Of a stretch of DNA of 64,000 nucleotides, positions 10,588-20,975 are shown one piece after another. Made by a program: the position numbers and the translations under genes. The stretch's first letter is position 1. Each line of letters begins with the position of its first letter. Where the stretch lies: assembly GCA_051439425.1 (NCBI GenBank), contig JBFRWD010000103.1:33031-97030 (forward strand). Direction: 5' to 3'. The notes under the pieces are model-generated. The model ran no database searches. It was not told the DNA's origin and worked only from the letters and a program-made list of their open reading frames with translations. Source of the stretch: Synechococcus sp. (GTDB lineage: Bacteria > Cyanobacteriota > Cyanobacteriia > Thermostichales > PCC-7336).

Positions 10588-11838
10588 TTGAGTCTCATGG
10601 GTTGCCTTCCTCACCGTTCTCTCTCGACTGTTCTGACCGCTACTATTCTCACGACCGTGGCGATCGCTCAGCCAGTCTTGTTCTTGAAACAGGCAGCCAT
10701 TGCACAAGAGCCTGATGCTGCCAGCGAAATTGAATTTATTCCCCCCAGCGGTAGTCCAGAGGCAGTGCCACCCAATAGTGGAAATCAAGTGATTACAGCA
10801 CCGCAGGGGTCTTTCGGCCGTGGCGGTCAAGTCGCAGTCCCATCACCGCCGTCCTCCTCACCGGATGCGCCGCTGGCTACATCTACCTTTTCCTCCGACC
10901 GTTCTCAAACTGCCCCCAACCCAGAGGCCGGCGTAAGTAACGCAATCCCTGCGGGCCAGCCGCCCATCCCTCAAGCACCTGTCAATCAAGCACCTGTTAA
11001 TCAAGCTCCTACCAACCCGGTACCCGCTAGCGTTGCTCCTCCTGCCCCAACCGTTTCGCAAGCTGTGCCCGATGCCGTTCCTCCATTAGGGGACACATCC
11101 TCCTACAACTACTCCACTTCTGCGCCCACAGAATCAGAAGCACTGCCTGTTATACCGGTGCCCGCGCAGCCCGTAGCACCTCAACCGGCTCCCAATCTTG
11201 CGTCAGGGACTCCTAGCCAGCCAGATGTGCCAACGTCGTACGATTACCGACGCCCCTCAGCCGGTGCGCCATCAAGTCCCACGTTTGTCGCAAGCGGACA
11301 ACTGCCGGGAGGAACCATTATTCCATTAGCAACATTTCGGGATACTAAGTTTACTCAGGGGCAACAGCTTCAGGTGAATTTGAGCGTTGCACAAGATGTT
11401 GTGGACAGTCAGGGCCGCACAATTGTGCCCGCTGGCAGTACAGTCTGGGGCCGTTTTGAACCCATCATGGAAGAGAGCACCGACATGGTGGGTAGTTACG
11501 AGCGCACTCGCGAGCGCATGGTCGGCAGTCAATTCATTGCAGAACGTATCGATATCCAGTCTGCATCCCACACCATTTCCGGTCGCACCAATCGCATTCC
11601 AGCCGGTATCGATCCTGACGCTGATGTCGATCGCGTTGCCCTCAGAAACGCTGGCTACGGAGTGTTGGGGGGTGTGGCATTGGGAGTTTTAACCGGAGGT
11701 GCCGGTTTCTTGCCTCTGATGGCGATTGGTGGAGCCGGTGGGGCAATGGCAGGAACCGTATCGGTGAGCAATGTCGTTTCGATCGATGGCGACACCATTC
11801 TCGAACTAACCTTGGATCAACCCTTTATCTCCAGCTAA
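10588..11838 (+). CDS. Exported Pro-rich protein with cyanobacterial TrbI-like C-terminal domain and Gly-zipper
   Basis: Signal peptide, long Pro/Ala/Ser region, then LPGGTIIP...VAQDVVDSQGRTIVPAGSTVWGRFEP and GVLGGVALGVLTGG. Confidence 0.6.
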   Translation: MSLMGCLPHRSLSTVLTATILTTVAIAQPVLFLKQAAIAQEPDAASEIEFIPPSGSPEAVPPNSGNQVITAPQGSFGRGGQVAVPSPPSSSPDAPLATSTFSSDRSQTAPNPEAGVSNAIPAGQPPIPQAPVNQAPVNQAPTNPVPASVAPPAPTVSQAVPDAVPPLGDTSSYNYSTSAPTESEALPVIPVPAQPVAPQPAPNLASGTPSQPDVPTSYDYRRPSAGAPSSPTFVASGQLPGGTIIPLATFRDTKFTQGQQLQVNLSVAQDVVDSQGRTIVPAGSTVWGRFEPIMEESTDMVGSYERTRERMVGSQFIAERIDIQSASHTISGRTNRIPAGIDPDADVDRVALRNAGYGVLGGVALGVLTGGAGFLPLMAIGGAGGAMAGTVSVSNVVSIDGDTILELTLDQPFISS

Positions 11839-11973
11839 CGTCGATCTCCAGCTCGACATCTCAACCCAATATTCAGTGTTCTTTCAGCACAACCTGTTCT
11901 GGGGGCTCGACCTTGGAACAGGTTGCTGTGACTGGTGGCCCTTGGGGGGACCCTGGGGTGCTGCTTCCCCACA

Positions 11974-12077
11974 TACAGCAATCCGCTGTAAGGTCTGGAG
12001 TGTTGAGATGGCTGACTAACTTGATAAACGAGGAAAGTGTTTCGGACAGTCTTCATAGCGTATTGCCGAATGCTATG
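11974..12077 (+). repeat. Dispersed about 100-bp element, family B, copy 1
   Basis: TACAGCAATCCGCTGTAAGGTCTGGAG...TCTTCATAGCGTATTGCCGAATGCTATG; aligns with copies at 21846, 23046 and 51438. Confidence 0.7.
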
Positions 12078-12168
12078 GCGTCTGCCATTTCAGTCAGGGC
12101 AAAGATCGCCAATTACGGCCAGGGTTGACCGTAGCTGAAATGTCAGCAGTGCTATGACCATTGCTATG
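12074..12168 (+). repeat. Dispersed about 95-bp element, family A, copy 2
   Basis: TATGGCGTCTGCCATTTCAGTCAGGGCA...GCTGAAATGTC...TATGACCATTGCTATG. Confidence 0.8.
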
Positions 12169-12244
12169 TGTGGTGCGCCATCAATAGGATTGTCTCTATG
12201 TAAAAGTCATACCTACTTCAAGATGGGCTAGTATAGACCCAGAT

Positions 12245-12260
12245 TGTACGTAAAACTACA
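12245..12260. promoter_or_regulatory. NtcA-type binding site (TGTA-N8-TACA) just upstream of furC
   Basis: TGTACGTAAAACTACA is a perfect consensus match; a TAGTAT -10-like hexamer lies at 12229-12234. Confidence 0.55.
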
Positions 12261-12268
12261 ACTTGTTT

Positions 12269-12727
12269 ATGACCGATCTAGCCACCTCTTTAGATGACGC
12301 ACTCAGTCTTTGCCAGGAGAAAAACCTGCGGTTGAGCCGTCAGCGCCGATACATACTCGAACTACTCTGGCAAAGCAACGAGCATTTATCTGCGCGCGAA
12401 ATTTACGATCGCCTCAACCAACAGCAAAAATCCATCGGTCACACTTCTGTTTACCAAAATCTAGAGGCCCTCTCGGCTCATGGAGTCATCGAGTGCATCG
12501 AGCGAGCAGACGGTCGCCGATACGGAAATCGCAACGACATGCATAGCCACGTTAACTGCCTGGAAACTGACAGTATTACTGACGTAGATGTCACACTACC
12601 CGAAGATGTCATCAGGCAAGTCGAAGCGGCAACGGGAATGAGTATCTCCAACTATCGCATCGACTTTTTTGGGGTGCCTGCAGTTGGGGCAACGATAGAA
12701 GATCGACAAGGCGAATCAACTCGGTAG
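12269..12727 (+). CDS. furC: Fur-family regulator, cyanobacterial FurC (PerR-like)
   Basis: SRQRRYILELLWQSNEHLSAREIYDRLNQQ..IGHTSVYQNLEALS...HSHVNCL closely resembles Anabaena FurC as I recall it. Confidence 0.85.
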   Translation: MTDLATSLDDALSLCQEKNLRLSRQRRYILELLWQSNEHLSAREIYDRLNQQQKSIGHTSVYQNLEALSAHGVIECIERADGRRYGNRNDMHSHVNCLETDSITDVDVTLPEDVIRQVEAATGMSISNYRIDFFGVPAVGATIEDRQGESTR

Positions 12728-12933
12728 GCTAGAGTTCTGTCAGCACAAGATCGGCAGCATTCTTCAACACAAGCCTGGTGGCTCCCTGGTCATTTGTCTG
12801 GCTTACTGTCAGGGATTCATTTTTCTCAGGGAATCATCTTTAAAAAAAGCGCGCTGCTGTCGGTTTGATAGTACTCGTCAATCCATCAATTTTGTGTTGA
12901 CAAACCACTAGTGCGAAGCGATCGAGAATCCCC

Positions 12934-13515
12934 ATGACCATCATTGATGACCTGTTGCACTTCCTCGAGACCCGGCTCGAAGAATTTTTGCGGGCGCACC
13001 CCAAGCTGGAATTACAGGCACTGGAAGAGCAACTGCGGCAGCAGGAGTCGGATACCACCAAACTGATTGCCGAAACACGTGCAGATCGGCAGCGATTGCA
13101 GCAAAGTATTTTGGCCACAGCTCAAGAGATCAAGCGCTGGCACGAGCGAGTCGAAAAGGCCCGCCAAGCCAACCGCCCCGATCTCGCTCGCGGGGCACAG
13201 CAACGGGAAGCAGACTTGCTCAATCAAGGCAACCAACTGTGGGGGCAAATGCAAGGGGCCAAGGAACGATTGCAAAATATGGAAGAACTGCTACGGCGCG
13301 TACAACAGCGCAGACGGGAGGTGCGCGATCGGATCGCTGAAATGGCCCGTACTCATCAAGCCGAGGCGGCAGCATCAGCGTCAGCCGGTGTAACCGATGA
13401 AGAATGGAGTGGCTGGTCGCAGCCGTCTAGCAACTGGAACGATCTGGAGCGAGAATTTCAGCGATTTGAGACCGATTTAGAGCTAGAAGCCATGAAGCAA
13501 CAGCAGAATCTCTAG
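12934..13515 (+). CDS. TIGR04376-family PspA/IM30-like coiled-coil protein
   Basis: DDLLHFLETRLEEFLR...LELQALEEQLRQQE N-terminus; all-helical coiled coil. Confidence 0.75.
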   Translation: MTIIDDLLHFLETRLEEFLRAHPKLELQALEEQLRQQESDTTKLIAETRADRQRLQQSILATAQEIKRWHERVEKARQANRPDLARGAQQREADLLNQGNQLWGQMQGAKERLQNMEELLRRVQQRRREVRDRIAEMARTHQAEAAASASAGVTDEEWSGWSQPSSNWNDLEREFQRFETDLELEAMKQQQNL

Positions 13516-13680
13516 TACTGGTCTAGTGGTTTGCCAGGTTTGCGATGAGGGGCATCTGCTATCACATGTAGCCATGTGTAATCACAGGGTTCAAGAGATC
13601 CAATCACTGCCTAGGCTGTGCTGAGTAATAATACCTTAGGGTGATATCACCTCTTAGCGTGGCTGTTAGAGAGTGGATGA

Positions 13681-14415
13681 ATGGCTGTTCGGGTGTTCTC
13701 GGATTTTGATGGGCCGTTGGTGGATGTGTCCGACCGATACTATCAGGTCTATCGATTCTGCGTGGATGCCATTGGAGAAGCAGGGCAGCAGCTAACACCG
13801 TTGAGTAAATCAGAATTTTGGGACTTGAAACGCGATCGCGTCCCAGAAGAAAGTATTGCCCTTAAAACCGGGTTTCGCGCCGACCAGACCGTAGAGTTTG
13901 CCCGGATGCGACGAGAGTATGCTCATAGCCAACCGTATTTCAAATACGACACCATTCAGCCGGATGCGATCGCGTCGCTAACCCAACTGCGCGATGCCGG
14001 AGTAGAACTCGCCGTAATGACCATGCGTCGGGTCTGCGAATTAGAACCAGCGCTAGAGCGATTTGGTTTGGCAGAATTTTTCCCCCCTCACCTGCGCTAT
14101 TGCTTGCCCAACGACTACATCAAGCAGGGGGACATACGCGATAAACCGTTGTTAATGGCCAGAGCATTGAAAGAATTGCCAAACGCAACCCGCAGTTGGA
14201 TGGTGGGTGATACTGAAGCGGATCTAACAGCGGGAAATACCCACAATATGTCCGCGATAGGATTGCTGTGCGGGATTCGCAACTTCCGGCAATTGGAAAA
14301 ATATAACCCCACTATCGTTCTGCCCACTTTGTCCGATGCGACACGCTCCATATTGGACGAGCTGAGCATTCAGACTCGTCGATCCCAACCTGAACCTTGG
14401 GTTGAAGTCAGTTGA
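13681..14415 (+). CDS. HAD-superfamily hydrolase
   Basis: Motif I DFDGP, motif II MTMR, motif IV MVGDTEAD. Confidence 0.85.
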   Translation: MAVRVFSDFDGPLVDVSDRYYQVYRFCVDAIGEAGQQLTPLSKSEFWDLKRDRVPEESIALKTGFRADQTVEFARMRREYAHSQPYFKYDTIQPDAIASLTQLRDAGVELAVMTMRRVCELEPALERFGLAEFFPPHLRYCLPNDYIKQGDIRDKPLLMARALKELPNATRSWMVGDTEADLTAGNTHNMSAIGLLCGIRNFRQLEKYNPTIVLPTLSDATRSILDELSIQTRRSQPEPWVEVS

Positions 14416-14632
14416 TGCTGCTTGCAAATCGGCATTGTCATTCCCAATCCAGTCATCAATCACCTGCACTCTGTTTTGCAGGCGGCCCCAATAGAATAAC
14501 CAGTACTTAGACATTCGCGAGCTTCGCACGCCAGTCAAAACTCGGAATGTTGTCAAATTCTATCCATGGACTCGATTAGCTCCTCGTTTACGAACTCGTA
14601 CCCGACGCGATCGTCGATTCAGTAGTTCGCGC

Positions 14633-14727
14633 TATAGCAGTGGCCACACCACTGCGGACATTTCAGCTATGTTCATCCCTGACTGTGCTTAGATTCCCTT
14701 GTCCTAACTGACATTGCAGGCACTATA
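14633..14727 (-). repeat. Dispersed about 95-bp element, family A, copy 3
   Basis: Reverse complement TATAGTGCCTGCAATGTCAGTTAGGACA...GCTGAAATGTCCGCAGTGGTGTGGCCACTGCTATA. Confidence 0.85.
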
Positions 14728-14807
14728 TAGGTGAGGAACCGACATTCTCCATTTAGCTGGCCGCTTTGCCCGCCAAAAACAACTCTCACCGCCAGTCTGC
14801 CAAATGG

Positions 14808-15518
14808 CTACGGTAAGTACTGAAAGAGGAAATCGACTGTTTGTTGTTTGATGAAATTGCGCGCGACGGCCAACTCGCCAAAGCGGATGGATTGCCGGCG
14901 CTGCTCGTTTAGAATCACTTCAACTTGATGAAGATCGAGTAACCGCGCGGACACTAAATGTTCGCCGATCGGTTGTTTTTGGCGATTCGATATAATGCTG
15001 GGCAATGTTTCTGCAAAAAAATCAGCCGTTTCTTGATAAATCCACCCTCGCAGAGCCAAGATTTCCCCCAACCTTAAGTCCTCTCGATACTGAGCATCCA
15101 TAAGAGCAACTTGAATTTGAGATTGGTTAATCAGGCCTGCCCCTAAAAGGCTTTCGCCCAGTCGCATAATCTTTTTCGGGGCCGTATCCAGTAGCTCCGG
15201 AATCTCTTGAACGCCCTCTACCTTGTCCCGTTCAAAATCACTGTCTACTTCAAGATCGAATTCCCGATCGGGATCGTGAGATCGCTTTTTGGGCTTGATA
15301 TTGTAGATCTTATCCCATTGTTTTAGAACTGTTTTGGCTGCAAACGGAGACATTCCGTCGAGCTTACACAAGCGCCGTTTCGCAATCCGCCGCCTGTCGT
15401 AGTAGGAGATATCAGTACGACTTCTGTAAAAATGCTCCACCTCTAACATCGGCGCTCTCATCCGTGCAGTCCAGTCCGAGCAGGAAGGTGACAGAATACT
15501 CGAAATCAGAGAAAACAT
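14808..15518 (-). CDS. Protein with MshEN/GspE-N-like repeats
   Basis: RLGESLLGAGLINQSQIQVAL, RLGEILALRGWI, PIGEHLVSARLL, RFGELAVARNFI; start uncertain. Confidence 0.7.
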   Translation of the reverse strand: MFSLISSILSPSCSDWTARMRAPMLEVEHFYRSRTDISYYDRRRIAKRRLCKLDGMSPFAAKTVLKQWDKIYNIKPKKRSHDPDREFDLEVDSDFERDKVEGVQEIPELLDTAPKKIMRLGESLLGAGLINQSQIQVALMDAQYREDLRLGEILALRGWIYQETADFFAETLPSIISNRQKQPIGEHLVSARLLDLHQVEVILNEQRRQSIRFGELAVARNFIKQQTVDFLFQYLP

Positions 15519-15754
15519 TTATCCAAACACCATCAACCATAAGGCCCTATATATACCCAAAGGTAACACCAGATGTGTCGCAGAAAGGGTTTTGTATATT
15601 TGTTTGCATAAAGTAGAGGCTTATCTATGCGCATCTCGCAAGCTGGATAAGACAGAAATCCGCACTGGCAAGGACACACATTTGCTATGCCTGCTAAGCC
15701 ATTTGTCTATGCGTGTGATGGCAGCGGTTAACCCGATCTTGTGGTTGTGTCTGT

Positions 15755-17731
15755 CTAAGGCTCGCCCGCTAAGCTATCTGGCTGAGCTGAACGACCTGGC
15801 CCCTGTCGCAACCACCAAACAATCGCTTTTTGTTTAAGGCCGAACCAAATCCGCCCATTCAGTTTGATCGCAAACAACCCGTAGGCTCCGACAATCGCCA
15901 TCAAACACAGCTCTCCCAAACGGCTGTAAGTACTGACAATACGCGCTGCACTCCAACCGTGATCGAAATTCAGGCGATTCATATCTCCCCCCGCATCTCC
16001 CGAGCCGAACAGCATGGTGCCCCACGGAATATCTTGTAAACCCCGATCGATCAGATGCCACTGCCAAAATGCCTGACAGAACGTGCTAGCAGCCACGAAC
16101 AACACAACAAATCGCCAAAAATCCCATCGCAAGCGATCCGGTAGTTTGAAATAAAAACCCACAATAAAGAGCGTGCTGAGATAAAACTCCCCCCCGACTC
16201 CACCGAATACGACCAGCAGGTCGAATACACGTTCGCTCAATCCCCATGTCATGACGGCTTGCACTACTGCCAATACAACAGCTAGCACCATCGGCCACCG
16301 TTTCCGCTCCCGTCTTCCCGCCACAAACAGCAAACCCAACAAAAATAGGATGCCAATGTAGACAAATGTGCTGCGTTCGCCAGAAATACTCGTCCAGCCA
16401 AACGGTAGTGGTAGAGCACGATATCCTGCCATCCAGGCCACCGTTGCATGACCCAATTCATGTATCCAGATTTGCAGAGGCAACATCAGGATCGGAACAA
16501 TTGTGTTGGCCATCATGGCCGCAATTAAGGCCACCGGCACTGCCGCAATATTCACGATCGGACTGTCGAAGCTAAATCGGTCAAAGTCGGGAGTTAGGGT
16601 GCGATCGCTCTCCAGATCTAGTTCGGATGTCCAGCGGATCGAGCGATTGTTGTTGAGGCCGTAAATCTTGATGTGAGTGAGGTGGTTTGGAAGGGGCAAT
16701 GTCTGCAGCGTCGTAAAGATCAGCGCTGTTGTGCCCCGCTTTCCTGGTGTATTTTCGGCTGAAACTTGCAGTCTTAATTCTTGGCCGTGGATGGAGGCTC
16801 GGGTCAAGGCACGCCAGGGAGTTAGAGACCGATCGACCAAGCGAGCGATCGCCGCTATATTGCCGACTGCCGCCCGTCTTTCCATGGATGGTTCGTGGAA
16901 CGGCTGTACCGGTTGAGGCCCCGTCTCGTCGATGGGCTCGGATTTAGGGAGGACGATGGGGGAAATGGTCTCTTCTGGAGGGTTGAAATCCGGTAGCGAG
17001 ACTTGATAGCCAGTCAGAGCTTGCTCCATTTGAGGCAAGGCCAAATTGGGATTGTGGCAGTAACGACTGAGCCAGACTGCCACCGATCGAAACCATTCTT
17101 GTTTGAGGCTGCGAACGGTTGCTAGCCAATCACGATGGGCAGCTGGTACTGATTCGCTCCGAAACTTATCGGGGCGCTCGAAAAATCCACCCAAAGCCCC
17201 CAGCAGTTCAAGCCGATCCCGATCCTCCAGCTTGTGAACGTACATCACTGCAGCTACCACCAATTCGGGGGGAGGGGGAAGTTCGATCGTCAGTAAGTGA
17301 CTGCGAACAAACTGAAACTGAGCCAGAGAAACCGGGGCAGACCGTACCGGTTCAGCCAGATCAACCGTGGAATGGCACACGGATGGATTGCCCTCAGCGT
17401 CCAATAGCCATAGCGTGATGCCATCGATGTTGGGGACAAAGGTTTGGGTTTCTTCAGCTAGCAATGTGACCAAGTCGGGATCGATTGTGTCAGTGTCTGG
17501 AATAACAATCTGTAAGTGGCGATCGCGGACGGATACCTGCAACGTCACTGACCACTCTGTGGCTGCATGTTGCAACAGTTCTTGAATGTCGAAATCTTCC
17601 ACCGCTCGTTCCTGCACCTGTGATGGTTCGGGTGCCGTAGTCGCTGTTTCGTTGGCGTGTGGCAAACGCTCTGCGGTCGGAACCGTTGAAGATATTAGGA
17701 AACACGGTTGCAGACGCTTGCTTGAAGCCAT
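15755..17731 (-). CDS. Membrane protein with large soluble N-terminus and M50-like zinc-metalloprotease C-terminal domain
   Basis: WIHELGHA within a TM helix, several downstream TMs and GGDMNRL; start uncertain. Confidence 0.6.
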   Translation of the reverse strand: MASSKRLQPCFLISSTVPTAERLPHANETATTAPEPSQVQERAVEDFDIQELLQHAATEWSVTLQVSVRDRHLQIVIPDTDTIDPDLVTLLAEETQTFVPNIDGITLWLLDAEGNPSVCHSTVDLAEPVRSAPVSLAQFQFVRSHLLTIELPPPPELVVAAVMYVHKLEDRDRLELLGALGGFFERPDKFRSESVPAAHRDWLATVRSLKQEWFRSVAVWLSRYCHNPNLALPQMEQALTGYQVSLPDFNPPEETISPIVLPKSEPIDETGPQPVQPFHEPSMERRAAVGNIAAIARLVDRSLTPWRALTRASIHGQELRLQVSAENTPGKRGTTALIFTTLQTLPLPNHLTHIKIYGLNNNRSIRWTSELDLESDRTLTPDFDRFSFDSPIVNIAAVPVALIAAMMANTIVPILMLPLQIWIHELGHATVAWMAGYRALPLPFGWTSISGERSTFVYIGILFLLGLLFVAGRRERKRWPMVLAVVLAVVQAVMTWGLSERVFDLLVVFGGVGGEFYLSTLFIVGFYFKLPDRLRWDFWRFVVLFVAASTFCQAFWQWHLIDRGLQDIPWGTMLFGSGDAGGDMNRLNFDHGWSAARIVSTYSRLGELCLMAIVGAYGLFAIKLNGRIWFGLKQKAIVWWLRQGPGRSAQPDSLAGEP

Positions 17732-17884
17732 ATCGATTAGCAGCGCGATCTCGCCTGCTACCGTGACTGTACCCAGGAGGCCTTTTCGAACTTCACGGTA
17801 TTGGGTAAGCACGCTAGAGATAGGAGATAAATCAGTATTGCAAGTAAGGGGGGTACGATCGAACTGTCGGCGGAGACACTACTG

Positions 17885-18373
17885 ATGCAGTTGATTGTGA
17901 TGCGGCACGGGATTGCCGAAGAGCGCTCCCTCGAATTAAGGGATGCAGATCGGGCACTGACTCCTAAGGGACGCAAACGAACTCAGGCAATCGCCCAATG
18001 GTTGAGGCATCGTTGGCAGAACTGGGATGCATTACTCTCCAGCCCGTTAGTGAGGGCTCGGCAAACAGCAGAAATTCTCCAGGAGGAAGGGATAGTGGCT
18101 GACGTCGAGTACTTTGATGCACTGGCACCGGGGGGATCGTTCCAAGATTTAGTGAAATGGAAGAGTTCTAACTCGGACGCAAGCACTGTTGCCATTGTGG
18201 GGCATCAACCCGATTTGGGGGATTGGGTCGAGTTCTCGGTTTGGGGGCAAGCCAGTGGACGAGTTCAGCTCAAAAAAGCAGGAATCGCTGTGGTTAACTT
18301 TCCAGCAGGTCGACTGCGGTTAGGGGGAGGAGTATTGAGCGAGTTGTGGACTCCCAAGAGCATGCTCGGATAA
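17885..18373 (+). CDS. sixA: Phosphohistidine phosphatase
   Basis: MRHGIAE, DADRALTPKG, SSPLVRARQTA, VGHQPDL, LKKAG. Confidence 0.9.
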   Translation: MQLIVMRHGIAEERSLELRDADRALTPKGRKRTQAIAQWLRHRWQNWDALLSSPLVRARQTAEILQEEGIVADVEYFDALAPGGSFQDLVKWKSSNSDASTVAIVGHQPDLGDWVEFSVWGQASGRVQLKKAGIAVVNFPAGRLRLGGGVLSELWTPKSMLG

Positions 18374-18420
18374 CCTCGGAGGTTTATGGAACCCATGCAT
18401 GCAATCTGTCTGTTGGTCCG

Positions 18421-19239
<819 letters not shown>

Positions 19240-19676
19240 CTATCGAGTTTGGGGGCAATCTCACGAACAGACTCGCTAACGCGCTCATTAGGCGAGTACA
19301 GTGCTGTGTCAAAATGGCGTCCGAATCGTTTGCTGCTTATCAGCAAGCCTTGACCCCATCAGTCACGAATTCGAGCAAATTCATTAATCTGAAGACAATG
19401 GGATTGCTCTATCTCCTGCCATTCAGATGCAACTGAAGAACATGCCATCATCGCAAGCCAAACAAACACATTAGTTGACCGAGGCTCACAATCTACGACA
19501 GCATGTAAGCTACATTCGTGAAAATATATGGCAGAAGGCAAACGGTTAAGCAGATTTTTGAAACTTTTTCCCGACTCATAAGGGCTGGAGGTTTCTCAGA
19601 TCTCTCGACCGTGTAGCAGATTGTCACAACTCTCAAGTCCCATACCATTCTCACCTCTGAGGCATAACTGCCCATC

Positions 19677-20558
19677 ATGTCAAACCATCAAGCGGACAGA
19701 CAACACCTCGTCATTCGTGTCTTGGTGGTTGACGATCAAAAAATGATGCAGGAGCTGATGAAAGACTACCTCGGCATCGCAGACGATATAGAAATTGTGG
19801 CTGTTGCGAGTGATGGTCGAGACGGAGTTCAGCAAGCATTGGCACTAAATCCAGACGTAGTGCTGATGGATATTGAGATGCCTGAAATGGACGGCATTGC
19901 AGCTACACAAATGCTGAGAAACCGAAATTCCTCCGCAAAAATTTTGGTCGTGAGTAGCAGCTACGACGATCGCTATTTGGCACAGTCATTACGCCATGGA
20001 GCCATGGGCTATTTGCTCAAAACAGCCACTCCAGAAGAATTGGTTATGGCAATTCGAGGCGTGCATTCAGGCAACTTGCAGTTTGGTAGCGGTATTCTGC
20101 AGCAGAAATTATCTAGCATGGCACCCGGCAGCAAGGCTATTACCTCCCGTCCTTCTCAGTCACGCACCCAAGGCTCAGCCCAAAAACGCTCATCAACATC
20201 ATCGCGCACTCCTATTTCCCGCGACTCCAACCGCTCGAACCAAACAGCTCAGCCTTCCCCCTCAAAGAACAGTCAACCCTCGTCCCGACATACCATCCGT
20301 TCGGCAAACAGTCGGCAGCACCCACCCACTGTCACCATAGATGTAGGTGCAGCACCCACAGAATCCAGACAGCAAGTCAATAATTCTGATAGACGCGAGA
20401 ACGTAACGATACAAAATCTGGCAATTGAATTAGCACAAATCCGCGCTGGATATTGGGTGTTAAGAACTGAAATTCAAGCTCAGCGTCGCTGGCTCAATCG
20501 ACTGTCGGTAGGGTTGGCCATTTCAGTTGCCGTCTCTTGTTTGTTTGCCTTCTTCTAG
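19677..20558 (+). CDS. Response regulator: NarL-like receiver, disordered linker, coiled coil and C-terminal TM; no HTH
   Basis: VVDD, LMDIEMP, YLLK receiver motifs; Ser/Arg-rich linker; hydrophobic C-terminus. Confidence 0.85.
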   Translation: MSNHQADRQHLVIRVLVVDDQKMMQELMKDYLGIADDIEIVAVASDGRDGVQQALALNPDVVLMDIEMPEMDGIAATQMLRNRNSSAKILVVSSSYDDRYLAQSLRHGAMGYLLKTATPEELVMAIRGVHSGNLQFGSGILQQKLSSMAPGSKAITSRPSQSRTQGSAQKRSSTSSRTPISRDSNRSNQTAQPSPSKNSQPSSRHTIRSANSRQHPPTVTIDVGAAPTESRQQVNNSDRRENVTIQNLAIELAQIRAGYWVLRTEIQAQRRWLNRLSVGLAISVAVSCLFAFF

Positions 20559-20975
20559 AGGCGATACCTCTCCAAACGGAAGAGGCAGAGTCAATCACAA
20601 TACCGCATGCACCAGAGTGGATAACTAAATCGAGGCATTTTCAAGTTGCATTAAGTGCCCAGCAATTAGACCAACAGCATTGAGTTGTTGAGAGTCCTGA
20701 AGGTCGAGCTTGCCAGGGCTGCTGAGGGCATGCAATTACCTACAAAAGTTAAGGACTATTGTGTTTTCGCATGAGTCTACCGAAAAAATCATTTCTCAAA
20801 ATATCGCTAGGTTCCGAATAATGCCTTACGATAAGATGAAGCCTTAGGTAGATCTACCGAATCGTTAGTCTGTAATTTCAAGGTTTCAGCCTGGTACCTG
20901 CACTTCAAACGCAGATACGTCCTGCCCTAAAAATCCCCACACTTAAAGTCCTCTTACCTCTTTACAGTGCGAATT

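Noticed and set aside
10588..11838. TrbI-like protein as evidence of a conjugation system
   Set aside because: No other T4SS, relaxase or coupling-protein genes; this domain type occurs alone in cyanobacteria
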